64,000 nt of DNA from Emiliania huxleyi CCMP1516. Lineage: Eukaryota. The notes beneath the pieces were generated by a model. That model had not been told where the DNA came from and ran no database searches. It saw only the letters and a program-made list of their open reading frames with translations. Numbering within the stretch: position 1 is the first letter of the stretch; the number at the start of each line of letters is the position of its first letter. The stretch is taken from contig NW_005202428.1 of NCBI RefSeq assembly GCF_000372725.1, forward strand, positions 248,001 through 312,000, read 5' to 3'. A program made the position numbers and the translations under genes. Positions 1 through 12,100 of the stretch are shown here, piece by piece.

Positions 1-2
1 TG

Positions 3-953
3 GGCGGCGAGCGCGCCGTGAGCGTGTCGGCAGCAGTCAACCACAGCCTCGCCCTCACTGCCGGCGGGGCCGTCTGGAGCTGGGGCAACGGTCTCTTGGG
101 CCCGCTGGGCCACGGCGACGAGGAGGAGCAGTGGCAGCCAAAGAAAGTCGAGGCCTTGATTGGCCAGCGCGTCGTCGCCGTGTCGGCTGGAGGTCTGCAC
201 AGCCTCGCAATAACTGCCGATGGAGCCGTCCGGAGCTGGGGCCATGGAGGCGAAGGCCGGTTGGGCCACGGCGACGAGCAGTACCAGCTGGAGCCCAAGA
301 AGGTCGAGGCCTTTGCTGGCCAGCACGTCGTCGCAGTGTCGGCTGGGTGGCAGCACAGCCTCGCCCTTACCGCCGACGGCGCCGTCTGGAGCTGGGGCAG
401 TGGAGTCTTTGGCAAGCTGGGCCACGGCGACGAGCAGCGCCAGCTGCTGCCAAAGAAGGTCGAGGCGTTGGCTGGCCAGCGCGTCGTCGCTGTGTCGACT
501 GGAGCCGAGCACAACCTCGCCCTCACCGCCGACGGCGCCGTTTGGTCCTGGGGCAGGGGAGGCTTGGGCCAGTTGGGCCACGGCGACCGGCAGCAGCAGC
601 TGCTGCCCAAGAAGGTCGAGGCGTTGGCTGGGCGGCGCGTCGTCGCTGTCTCGCCTGGAGATGCCCACAGCCTCGCCCTCACCGCCGATGGCGCCGTCTG
701 GAGCTGGGGCGGACGACACGGCCTGCTAGGCCACGGCGACGAGCAGCGCCAGCTGCTGCCGAAGAAGATCGAGGCCTTTGCTGGCCAGCGCGTCGTCGCT
801 GTGTCGGCGGGAGATGTGCACAGCTTCGCCATCACCGCCGGCGGCGCCGTCTTCGCCTGGGGCAAGGGCGACGACGGCTGCCTAGGCCACGGAGATGACC
901 TGTCGAACCAGCTGCTGCCCAAGAAGGTCGAGGCGTGGGCGCCGGGGCAGTGA
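3..953 (+). CDS. RCC1-repeat (UVR8/HERC-like) beta-propeller protein, 5' part outside window
   Basis: Six ~52-aa repeats VxAVSAGxxHSLALTADGAVWSWGxGxxGxLGHGD. The frame is open to the window edge. Close paralog of 25465-26937. Confidence 0.9.
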   Translation, partial: GGERAVSVSAAVNHSLALTAGGAVWSWGNGLLGPLGHGDEEEQWQPKKVEALIGQRVVAVSAGGLHSLAITADGAVRSWGHGGEGRLGHGDEQYQLEPKKVEAFAGQHVVAVSAGWQHSLALTADGAVWSWGSGVFGKLGHGDEQRQLLPKKVEALAGQRVVAVSTGAEHNLALTADGAVWSWGRGGLGQLGHGDRQQQLLPKKVEALAGRRVVAVSPGDAHSLALTADGAVWSWGGRHGLLGHGDEQRQLLPKKIEAFAGQRVVAVSAGDVHSFAITAGGAVFAWGKGDDGCLGHGDDLSNQLLPKKVEAWAPGQ

Positions 954-1427
954 TGCAAGGCAAGTTTCCACTCCGCGGGCGTTTGTCGAACAGGTGTGTG
1001 TGCGTGCGAGGCGGCAAGGAGCCGAGGGAGAGCCCCGCCAGTATTTCTTTGTTAGTGCCAGTGCGCGCCAGTCCCGTGCCCAGTGTCGTGCGAGGGAGGG
1101 TGGTAAAATTCTGTTTGAGCTACGGCTTTAGACTTCGATGTTAATAGAAACAAGCGTCAACGCAAGCCAGAGGTACACACAACATGACGCCAAACACACG
1201 ATTGCACACACCGCACCGCCCCCCGCCCCCCGCGACTGCCGCGCCTAGGTGGGAAGGATATGAGGAGAAAAAGAAAGAAAGAAAACGGACAAGCCAAGCG
1301 CCAAGGGAGGGATGGGATATACGACAGCGAAGAAAAGGAATCATTTTTCTTTTTCCGGAAGATGAATTTTCCATTCCATCACGCTCCTCTGCTTCGGTGG
1401 CGCGGGGCTCGGTGTCCTATCCGAGCG

Positions 1428-4400
1428 ATGCCAAAGCCTCTCGCGCCAGGCCCGGTCGCCCTCCCGCTCGTGGGCGCCCTCCCACAGATCGGGCTCGGCA
1501 TGCTCGCGCCCGGCGTCGCCGAGCAGCCGCACCGGCGCCTCGCTGCACTGTCGCAAACGTATGGCGACGTGATGACGGTCAACTTTGGGCGGGAGCCCTG
1601 GCTGGTCCTCTCCTCGCCCGAAGCTGTTCACGAGGCATTTGTGACCAAGGGCGGCGATTTCGCCGGCCGGCCTCAGGTGGCGTCCATGTCGCTCTCCGCG
1701 GGAAGCGGCAGGGCCGGCTTTGGCCGACCGCTGCCGGACGCGGGGCTTCGCGAGCTGCGCAGGGCCGCGTACTCAACGCTCTTCTCGGACGAGGCGGTCG
1801 CCGCCAAGCAGTCCGAACTCGAGGCGGAGGCGCACCTGCTCTCCGACCATCTCCTCGCCACGAGCGGGACAGGCGAGCCTCTCCGGCCGTCGCTGCGCCG
1901 GTGCGTCGGGAACATGGTGCTGCGCTTCGCCTTCTCGTCTCGCGTCCCGTACGCGAGCGAGGAGGGGGCCGCCGCGCCGCCCGCCCCAATCGCAGAGCTG
2001 CTGCGCCTGACCGAGGCAATCTGGGACAGCCTCGCCGCCACGCCCACGACCGTGCTCGACCTGCTCGGTGTCCTAGACGCCGAATACGTATTCATGTACC
2101 CCAACCAGCACTCGAGAGGACGCGTACTCAGCCGTAATCCGCTGTATTCAGCTGTGTGCAGCTGTATTCACTGTCTTCCTCTCCGTTGTATTCACGCAGT
2201 GCTCTGAATACACTGCACAATACCGTCTCCACGCCCTCATGTCGGCGTACTTCCACGTAGGCTCGGTGTGCCGTCCGACAACGCCGCACGCGAGCCGCTG
2301 AGGCGGCTCGTCGGCCAGAGAGACGCCGTGCTCCGGCAAGTCATCGCCGACCGGCGGGCGCAGCGGCGAGGGAGCGCCAGCGTCGCAGCCGCGTCGCCAG
2401 CGTCAGACATGCTCGACGTGCTCCTCGCATCCGACCGTAGAAGCGGAAGAGACGTACTCTAGTAGTCCGACCGGCGATCGAGAGGACACGGGTGCAGCTG
2501 TACTCTCATCTCCGTTCCTCTGCATTCACTGCATTCGCCTCCCTCGTCTTCGCGCGGTGCTCTGAACACACACTGCACAAGACGGTCTTCCCGCCCTGAG
2601 GTTGGTGGGTTCACAAGGCAGGTCTCCGACGGGGGGGTGTCCACCTAGCCTAACCCAGATCGTACCTTGCCTTACCTTAGGCCTCCGACCTGCCCGAGGC
2701 AGATGTGCTCTACGCGCTCGTCGATTTGTTCGTCGCGGGCGAGATCACCCGAGATCACCCGAGGTCACCCGAGGTCACCCGAGGTCACCCGAGGTCACCC
2801 GAGATCACCCGAGATTGTTTGTCGCGGGCGAGCCGCCACGCCACGTACACGCCACCCGCCTGCCACCCGCACCCGCACCTGCACCCCACCCGCCCTTTGC
2901 ACCTGCACCCCACCCGCCCTCTGCACCTGCACCCCGAACCTGCACCCCACCCACAACGCGCCGTGTCTCCGCGCGCCGCAGGCGTCAGCACGGTCTCGAC
3001 AACGCTCGAGTGGCGCCTCCTCCTAGATGGGGACCCGAACCCACCCCCCTACCCCCCTAGTAGCCGAACCTCTCGAGCGCCGCGTTGGTAGGCTCCTCCT
3101 ACTCACCGCGAGATCACCCTAGCCCACCCGAGCTCACCCGAGATCACCGCGAGATCACCCGAGATCACCCGAGAGTAGGCTCCTCCTCCTCACCGCGAGC
3201 CAGCCGCTCGTCCAAGAGCGGGCTCGCTCCGACGCCCTCTGCGCCGGGTCGGGGTACGTCGCCACCGCGCGCCGCCGCCTCGCCTCGCTTCTTGCCCGCC
3301 GCAATCGACGCCCCGGCCCCATCGATGGCCAAGCCCCTTGCCCCCTCACCGCCGCCTCCCTCGCCCCCGCTCCCCCGCCCGCCACCGCGACCCCCCTTTT
3401 GATCAGGTACGTGGGCGCGCTCACAAAGGAGGTGCTCCGCGCTAAGCCGCCGCTCTTATTGCCACGCACGGCGACCGTGGAGACGAGCTTGCGCGGGTTC
3501 CGCGTGCCGAGGGGGTGTGTCGTCTACGTCAACAACTGGGCGCTCGCCCACTCGGAGGCGAGAGGAGCCGAGAGGAGCCGAGAGGAGCCGAGAGGCAGCC
3601 TAGAGGAGCCGAGAGGAGCCGGGAGGAGCCGAGAGGAGCCGAGAGGAGCCGAGAGGAGCCGAGAGGAGCCGAGAGGAGCCGGGAGGAGCCGAGAGGAGCC
3701 GAGAGGAGCCGAGAGGAGCCGAGAGGAGCCGAGAGGAGCCGAGATAGCCGAGAGGAGCCGAGGCGAGCCGAGAGGAGCCGAGAGGAGCCGAGAGGAGGCG
3801 AGAGGAGCCGAGAGGAGCCGAGAGGAGCCGAGAGGAGCCGAGATAGCCGAGGCGAGCCGAGGCGAGCCGAGGCGAGCCGAGGCGAGCCGAGGTGGTTGCC
3901 CGCTGTCCTCCAGTGCCCTCTCCTCCTCTGTCTCTCCCTCTGCCTCTCCCTCTGCCTCTGCAACGGGCGACGGGCGACCCGGCGGCGGCTCTCTCGCGAC
4001 CCGGCCGAGCGCGACGCATGAGCCCGACGCGGCTGCGATAGGCGCACTGGCACGAGCCCTCTGCGTTTCGGCCGGAGCGGTGGCTGAGAGAGGAGCGCGG
4101 CGCGGCGCGCGGCGCGGCGTCGTGCAAGTTCATCCCCTTCTCGGTCGGCCAGCGGGCGTGCCCTGGCGTGCGGCTCGCCGAGGCGGAGCTGGAGGCGGCC
4201 TCACGCGTGCTGCTGCGCTCGCTGCGCTGGCGGCGGGCGGGGCGCCTCCCCGTCGACCTCGGCGAGGAGTACGGGCTCACGCTGGCGCCGGCCCTGAAAC
4301 AGAGCCTTCGCTTCTCGCGGGTCGCGGGGGAGGCGGCCGGCGGCGGCGGCAGCGGACGGCGCGCGAGGGCCGCCGCGCCGACGATGAAGGTGGGCCGTGG

Positions 4401-4641
4401 CGGCGAGAGCGACGGGCGGCCTCGCCGCGCCACACGTCGGCAGCAGATCGCTAGTGTGGAGGAGGCGGGCGCGGTGGCGGGCGAGCGGCTGGCTGAAGCG
4501 GGCAGCGATCGGCGCGGCGGCTGGCGGGCGAGCAAGGCGAAGGGGAACCGACGCAACCGGCGCTACGAGAATCGGCTGCTACGAGGGGCGGTGGGGGAGT
4601 GGACGGGCGGCGAGCCAGATGATGATGCAGATAGCTCTTAG
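1428..4641 (+). CDS. Cytochrome P450, 7 exons (inferred introns 2063-2260, 2427-2680, 2739-2981, 3013-3178, 3254-3406, 3558-4041)
   Basis: Splicing joins the APGPxxLPLVG hinge, I-helix DLFVAG(V)ST, ExxR (EVLR), FRPERW and the heme motif FIPFSVGQRACPG in one frame. The start could be 1362. Confidence 0.88.
2072..2260 (+). mobile_element. ~180-nt introner-like element, copy 1 (P450 intron 1)
   Basis: CCTAGACGC...CACGTAG flanked by the 9-nt direct repeat GCTCGGTGT (2063-2071, 2261-2269). Aligns end to end with 50951-51127. Confidence 0.8.
2436..2621 (+). mobile_element. ~180-nt introner-like element, diverged copy 2 (within P450 intron 2)
   Basis: Shares GCTCTGA..CACTGCACA..GTCTTCCCGCCCTGAGGTTGG and the terminal CAG with the other copies. 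Flanked by GCATCCGAC / GTCTCCGAC. Confidence 0.65.
3559..3890 (+). repeat. Intronic decamer tandem repeat (GAGAGGAGCC)n
   Basis: About 30 visible units inside P450 intron 6. Confidence 0.95.
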
Positions 4642-4701
4642 CTTTGGCGCGCAACACCCATCGGGCAAATGTTTGTATTATTACTATTCGACGGGGACGC
4701 C

Positions 4702-4847
4702 ACCACCCTCGCCCAGGGATCTACAGTGCTGTCTTAAGGTCCGACGGGTTCGGCACCGGGCCGCACCGCTTGGCAGGCGCCGCCTCGGTATACAAAATGC
4801 GCCTGCGCGCTGCGCCGGGCGGACCCTCACAGATCACAGATCAGATC
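4702..4847. repeat. Dispersed repeat family A (other copies 8915-9033 minus, 50208-50277 plus)
   Basis: All three share CTCGGTAYACAAAATGCGCCTGCG..GGCGGACCCTYACAGATCACAGATC. The first two also share CACCACCCTCGCCCAGGGATCTACA. Confidence 0.8.
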
Positions 4848-5079
4848 AACGAACTGTTCGCAACTGAAGCGTCCTCATATTAGTGATCGAGACTCCACTG
4901 TGGTCAGAGCAACGATCTAGACGTACACACAATGCGCGATCGAGACCGCGATCTACGACGTGCACACAACGCGCGAGAGGTGGCGTGTTAGTCTAAGGCG
5001 CCAGAGGCGGATCGGACGCTGGCTCGAGGCTAGGAAATGGGGGCGTCGGAGTCAATCGGAGAGTATGGTACGTGCGGCT

Positions 5080-5574
5080 TCAGGCAGCGGCACTGAGATT
5101 CGCTTCCGCGCTCAGCTTCTTGATAAGCTCCTTGTGTGTGTCATAGTTCTCCACTTCCGAAACGCCCGTCTCGGGGTCAACGTCGGCGGACAGCTTCCTG
5201 GCGAGCTTTCCCTCCACATGCGGGCGGTCCTCAATTTCGCTCAGCTTCTTGATGAGCTCCTTGTGTGTCTCAAAGTTCTCCTCTCCCGCACTTTCGCTCA
5301 GCTTCTTGATGAGCTCCTTGTGTGTCTCAAAGTTCTCCTCTCCCGCACTTTCGCTCAGCTTCTTGATGAGCTCCTTGTGTGTCTCAAAGTTCTCCTCTTC
5401 CTCGACGGACAGCTTCCTGGCGAGCTTTCCCTCCACATGCGGGCGGTCCTCACTTTCGCTCAGCTTCTTGATGAGCTCCTTGTGTGTCTCAAAGTTCTCC
5501 TCTCCCGCACTTTCGCTCAGCTTCTTGATGAGCTCCTTGTGTGTCTCATAGTTCTCCTCTTCCGCGGTCGCCAT
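5080..5574 (-). CDS. 164-aa tandem-repeat protein (6x EENF/YETHKELIKKLS)
   Basis: ATG at 5574, in-frame repeat units, stop at 5080. Confidence 0.65.
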   Translation of the reverse strand: MATAEEENYETHKELIKKLSESAGEENFETHKELIKKLSESEDRPHVEGKLARKLSVEEEENFETHKELIKKLSESAGEENFETHKELIKKLSESAGEENFETHKELIKKLSEIEDRPHVEGKLARKLSADVDPETGVSEVENYDTHKELIKKLSAEANLSAAA

Positions 5575-5881
5575 TGCAGTCCTGAGAGCGATCGAGCCGG
5601 CTGCGCCGTCGTCAAGACTTCGCCGATCCGATGGACGTCCCGCCCGGGGGTTGCAACTCGCGAGTCGCGCCCGCCGGGAGTGCCAGTGCGTGCCAGTCCC
5701 GTGCCAGTGTTGTGCGAGGGAGTTTGGTTGTGAATTCTCTTTCCTCGTGTGTATGCCCTGTGTTCCGCGAGCGTGTGCCCCGTCGTCCATGCTAGGACGT
5801 GTGTAACACTGACTGACTGACTTTGCAGCGGAGAGAGAGGGACAGAGCCGTGCGTGTGCTCTCCTCCAGTCCTCCTCCCTC

Positions 5882-8033
5882 TCAAGTCCACACCCAAAGA
5901 CATGACCCATCCCGTCTCGAACACTCGGCGCGCACGCCGCCGAGGTCCGCAACGAGCTCGCGAGACAGCGCCTCCACGGACAGGCGCGCATGCACCGTCT
6001 CGAGCAGCGCTCGCGGCACCCCGAGCGGACCGCGGTCGCGCAGCAGCTCGGCGACCCCGTGGTCGAGCAGCTCGTGCAGCATCTCCCCCGTGACATTCAC
6101 GAGCGGAACCGGCCGCAGCGCCGAAGTGAGGATGCCTCCGAGGCGCCGCGCGGAGAGGGACCCCGAGGAGTTGGCGCCGGCGCCGCCCACCGCCTCCTCG
6201 ATGGCCGACGTGGCGATGAACAACATCCTAGCAAGTTCAGCTGCGGTTGGCCCATGGCCGTGGTAGACAAAGCGCGCAGCGCGTGAGCGGCTCTTGAGCG
6301 GCCAGTGCACAGCGGACTCGCGGATTGCGTCGAGCACGGCGGGTGGTGGCGGCCAGCGCGGGTACCTGCGGAAGCGGTGTGGGTTGCAGCCCGACCCCGT
6401 CCACGATCGCAGCCGTCCTCCGAGGTACTGCGCCTCTGAGAGGTTGCCCTGCGGCCCTCTCGCCACTGTTGTCAGGGCGTATGCGCGCGCCCGCAGCGCG
6501 CTGGCCAGGTCGGCGTCTGGCCAGAGGCACTCGGCCGCGTACCAGTGCGCCACCTCGGGGTTGAGAGGTGTCAATAGCTCCGCGTTCCCGCGCAGGCTCC
6601 ACGACTCTCTCCCCGTCCGCTGCACGCTCACGTTCCACGAGCCGTCACCGCCTTGGCGCGGCGCCGGATCGAACCCGCGATGCATGTGGTACAGGAGGGG
6701 TGGAAAGGCGGGTTTGGTGGAGCCGCCGACGGCGCGGTGCACGTGCGCCCACTCGCCGCCGATCGTCTGGTTGGGCCCGGAGGGCTCGTCGGTGGGCGCT
6801 TTGAGGCCGTGTATGGCGACCGATAGGTTCGACGGGGCCGTCCATGCCATGCCGCCGGCGCGGTGTGAGTAGTGGTGGACTTTGGTCGCCGTCGTGTGTG
6901 CGACCGTCGCCTCGACGCCGCACATGATGAGCCATTGGCTGAGCTGCGTGTCGCACATGATCGACGCGAAGCTTGTCCCGACGCCTCCATGCGCCCCCGG
7001 GCAGAGCGTTCGCCGTCCCTCGCGTCGCGCCTCCCGCTCAACCTCGCGCAAGTAGGCGCACTCCTCGAAGAGCGCCGCCGCGAGGCTGCGGCCAAAGACG
7101 CCGAGCGGGCCTGTCGGGAAGGGGCCCAGCGTGCTCACCGGCCTCGCCGGCCCGAGACGTGCTCGCCGCCCCTTTCCAGGCTCCTCGGGCTGCCCTCCTC
7201 GAGCCGCCGCCTGCCAGGCACAGTCCCGGCTCACCGCCTGCCACGCCGCAATCTGCTGCGTGGCCGGAATACCGAGCCCGTAGAGGTCGAGGTCGCCAAG
7301 AAAGCAGCCCTGCGAGTTGCGCCTGTAGAGGAGAGGGCCGGGAGGGTTGGCAGGGCTTCCGTGAGGGAGGAACGAGAAGGCGGCACCGTTTGGCTTCGCC
7401 CCGGCACCGCTTGGAGGTCGAGACGCAGGACTCGCCCCCAGGCATGCGAGGCGTGAGCGCGGTTGGCCGCGTCGGCAGCGCCGCCACGGTCATGTGCCCG
7501 TACAACACATTCTCATGCTGCAGCAGGGCGCGCAGCTCCGCCGCGAGCACCTCGAGCTGCACATACGTGTCGTCCTCCGTCTTGCCAATGTACAACGCAC
7601 CGGGCCAGCGAGAGAGGGCGTAGCGCATCCACGAGTGCAGCTTCTCCGTACACGAGCAACAGTTGAAGACGCCCTCACCGTCCAGACCCTCCAGCTCGAC
7701 CAGATCGCCAAAGTGAGCCTCCTCCTCACGAAGCGCCTGGTGCTTGACGCGATCAGCCGCGCAGGCAGCGCCGTGACACCGGTCGAGCTGGGGTAGAATG
7801 CTGCCCACAACAAAGCGAAATACCGTCTCGTTGCGAGTGACGGTTCTGAGCGTCAGCATTGTCTTGCGCACTTGCCTCCTCCGGCCGGCGGCAAAGGGTG
7901 CAGATATCATGCCCATCGCCAGCAGCGGAGAGGGGTCGGCGGCGGGACGGTCGTCAGTGCTCCGAGCTACGGACCGCTCCTTGTGCAGCCCACGCCTGGC
8001 GGGCCAGGGAGAGAGGGGGCGGCGAGCCGGCAT
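5882..8033 (-). CDS. GT31-like (beta-1,3-galactosyltransferase family) glycosyltransferase; intron 7323-7386
   Basis: RRRQVRKT, FRFVVG, EEAHFGDLV and KTEDDTYV (DxD) motifs. A GT-AG intron joins the two ORFs in frame. Start uncertain. Confidence 0.72.
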
Positions 8034-9121
8034 ATACACATTGCGCCGGGTCGCTGACCATATGCTACGGGTCCCAAGTATGGGTTCGGGACGTATTCAC
8101 ACCTGAGGTGTGAACGTGATCCTGGATTTCTCCTTTCAGTGTGTTTCTTTTTCCCAGGGGGAGTGTGCGTACGTCCCAGTATGGATTGGTGGTGCGTGAC
8201 AATGATTGCAGACCGATTGCAGCATATGTGGTGGAGAATCTGCGCGGGCGGTTAAACTCCTCATCTTTATCGCACGACACGCCCCACCTAAGTGTGTGTG
8301 TGTAAACTCACTCACTCACACCCACCTAAGACAAACTGCAGGTAACCTCGAAATCTGCACCTTGGATGGCTGCGCTCCCTGTTTCGCAGCCATCCGTGCT
8401 AAGTAACATGGCTGGAAATTTTGATCTCAGTTGGCCAGACGATTGATTGAGGAGAACCGCCTAGGAGGAGTCGCTGAAGGACGGGTAGTCGTCGATCATG
8501 CGGGGGGAGGAGGAGTCGGCGAGTAGCGGGGATGAGAAATGCCTGAGAGGGTGGGGAGGGAGGCGTGAGGCGCAAGGTGAGGGGCGTGGGGCGTGGGGCG
8601 CGGGGCGTGCGTGGGACGCGAGGCGTGAGGCGCAGGGCGTGGGGCGGGAGGGCGCGGGGGCAAGGAGTTGTGTGTGTGTGTGTGTGTGTGTGTGTCTGTA
8701 TGGGGTAACCCGCGCACGGGGAAGCTTCACGGGTTCGAGTCGTCAAACTAAGCAGCGGAGGTATGCCGAGGGGGACCGGGAGGCGGTAAGTCGTCATCGC
8801 CCGGCGCTGCTTTGCAGCACCATGGCGATGACGCTAAGAGGTTCCTCTTTTCCGCCCCCCCCGCAAGGCGCGCGATACAAATACCAAGAATCGATCGGCA
8901 TGTATGTGAACACCGTGATCTGTGATCTGTAAGGGTCCGCCCGCAGGCGCATTTTGTGTACCGAGGGCGAGGCGGTGCCCGGTGCCGAACCTGGACCTTA
9001 AGACAGCATTGTAGATCCCTGGGCGAGGGTGGTGAACAAACACTCCCTTTGTTCTCTTCTCATAAAATCGGAGGGTCGGCCCACGGGGGGACTTCGTGAA
9101 CTGAAGCGACCCAACGATTTT

Positions 9122-12100
9122 ATGAGTGGCGAAAGTCCACCCTACCACTCTGTAGCCGAACCCAGTCGCCTTCCGATGATGGTGGAAAGGGCGATGGGTG
9201 AAAGGGCGCCGCGCGACGAGGACAGGGGCTCCCGTGTCAGATCTGGCGGCAGCAGCAGCGCACCCTCCCCGGGCATCCTGCTGGCCATCTCGGGTCCCTA
9301 TGCCGAGCGCAACTTCCAGATTCCGGCCGCGGGCGGCCTCATCGGGCGTTCGCGAAAGTGCACGCTCTCGCTGCTGCACGACTGTGAGGTGAGCCACAAC
9401 CACGCGCTGCTGGAGGTGGTGCGCGGCCACCTCTGCATCCGCGACGTCGGCTCCACCTTTGGCACCTACCTGAACGACAAGCGCCTCTCAGAGCCCAAGC
9501 GCGCCTCCGAGGCGCACAAGCTCAAGCCGTGCGACTGCATCAAGGTGGGGCAGACCTGCCTGCGGTGGAGGCCGGCGCAGGTGCTCCGCTCCTCGTTCGA
9601 CGTGTCGGTGCCGCGGGAGCCCATGCCGCTCACCGAGGTGGGATCGACTGTGCGCGCGCGCGCCTCCGCCGGCCCTGCGGCACCCGGGCCGACGCAGCTC
9701 AACTTTGTGGCGAGGCTGCTGTCGAGCGAGGGGCGGCTGTGAACAGCGTCTCTTCACACCTGTTGCTGTGAACAGGCGAGGCTTCTGTCGAGCGAGGGGC
9801 GGGCGGCAGGGCCGGACTCGCTCTCGCGCATGCTGCTCGCCCTCAAGACCTTTGAGGCGCAGCACGTGGATGCGGTCGCGGCGCTCAGAAAGGCGCCGTC
9901 AAAGCCCTTGTGTTGCCGCTGAGCTAGTCCCCTCCCCCGGTCGCCTAGCCTCTGCGCTGCCTGGCGAACGCCTGTATGCCATGCGCGCGGACCACGCTTG
10001 CGTGGATGCGTGGCTGGCAGGCTGACCCGTGTGCGAGGTCACCCGCGCACGGGGAAGCTTGTCGCCCCACCGCAGCACGCCGCACCGCACCACTCACTTG
10101 CACATCACTCACTTGCCGCCGCACGCCTCTGCGCACCGCACGCACGCAGCGCCGGGTGGCCTGGAGCGGGGGGTGCTTGCAGCTGCCCCCGCGTCNNNNN
10201 NNNNNNNNNNNNNNNNNNNNNNNNNNNNNNNNNNNNNNNNNNNNNNNNNNNNNNNNNNNNNNNNNNNNNNNNNNNNNNNNNNNNNNNNNNNNNNNNNNNN
10301 NNNNNNNNNNNNNNNNNNNNNNNNNNNNNNNNNNNNNNNNNNNNNNNNNNNNNNNNNNNNNNNNNNNNNNNNNNNNNNNNNNNNNNNNNNNNNNNNNNNN
10401 NNNNNNNNNNNNNNNNNNNNNNGGCGGTCGGACGCCTCCTTCCCCTGGATGCGGCCGCGTACTGGCACAAGCTGACCGCGCCGCAACTCACCTCCTCCGC
10501 GGCGTTAGGCGTTGCGCACGCCGCCTCCCTCACGCACCCGACCGCCCCGCGAGCCTGTCGGGTTGCCGCGGGCCGCCGCCATCGTCTCCTCTGCTCTAGC
10601 GGCGAGCGGCGCCGCCGCCGGAGCCGGAGGTAATAGTACTAGTAATAAAAATAGTAATCGTGATAGGAATAGGAATAGGAATCGTAATAGGAATAGGCGG
10701 CGGCGGAGGCGGCGGCGTGGCGCTCAGCCTCTACTCTGACGAGCCGGAGGTTGCACGAGATTGCACGAGATTGCACGAGATCACACGAGATTGCACGAGA
10801 TTGCACGAGATTGCACGAGCCTCTACTCTGACGAGCCCGAGGTTCGTGTCCGCGCACCCTCCGTACTCTCTCTCCTCTCCCTCTCCCTCTCCCTCTCCCT
10901 CTCCCTCTTACTCCCTCTCCTCTCCCTCTCCCTCTTACTCTCCCTCTCCCTCTCCCTCTCTCCTCTCCCTCTCTCCTCTCCCTCTCCCTCTCCCTGCCGC
11001 GGCCGTGGGCAGAATGTGCGGCACTCTGCACACTCTCGCCACCGCCGCGGATGCGCCTGCTCGCAGGTAGCGCGGCTGCACGAGCTGGCGCGAGAGCTGC
11101 AGCTTCTCCGCTCCGACGCCGCGATCCTGTGCGGACGAGATTGCGCGAGATTGCGCGGGATTGCACGAGATCGCACGAGCTCGCACGAGATTGCTCGAGA
11201 TTGCTCGAGACTGCACGAGATTGCACGAGATTGCACGAGACTGCTCGAGACTGCACGAGATTGCACGAGATTGCACGAGCTTGCTCGAGCTAGCACGAGA
11301 TTGCACGAGCTTGCACGAGATTGCACGAGATTGCACGAGCTTGCTCGAGATTGCACGAGCTTGCACGAGATTGCACGAGATTGCACGAGCTTGCACGAGA
11401 TCGCACGAGTCGCACGAGATTGCTCGAGATTGCACGAGATCGCACGAGCTCGCACGAGATTGCACGAGCGATCGCACGAGATTGCACGAGCTTGCACGAG
11501 ATCGCACGAGATTGCACGAGCTTGCTCGAGATTGCACGAGATCGCACGAGCTCGCACGAGATTGCACGAGCGATCGCACGAGATTGCACGAGCTTGCTCG
11601 AGATTGCACGAGATCGCACGAGATTGCACGAGCTTGCTCGAGATTGCACGAGCTTGCACGAGATTGCACGAGATTGCACGAGCTCGCACGAGCTCGCACG
11701 AGATTGCTCGAGCTAGCACGAGATAGCACGAGCTAGCACGAGATTGCACGAGCTCGCACAGCGCGTCTGTCGGGGATGCTCCTCCCCGCTTGCGCACAGC
11801 CTCTGAGGAGCCGCCGCCCCCCCTGCTCCCTGGCCAACAGGCGCCGCCCGCGGCTGGCGCCTGGGACATGTCCAGGACACGTCCGCGACATGTCGCCGAC
11901 GCGTTCCGCAGGTGCGACGCCCTGCCTTCGAGCCGGAGGAGAGACGCCTCCACCGCTCCTGCACCGCTCCTGGACCGTCCCGCAGGCGCGACGCCGCGCC
12001 TGCACGCGGGCTGGCGGCGTCCCTCACACCCCCTCCNNNNNNNNNNNNNNNNNNNNNNNNNNNNNNNNNNNNNNNNNNNNNNNNNNNNNNNNNNNNNNNN

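Noticed and set aside
3399..4556. EEPRGAERSR repeat ORFs
   Set aside because: They are translations of an intronic decamer array. The P450 motifs join only when it is removed.
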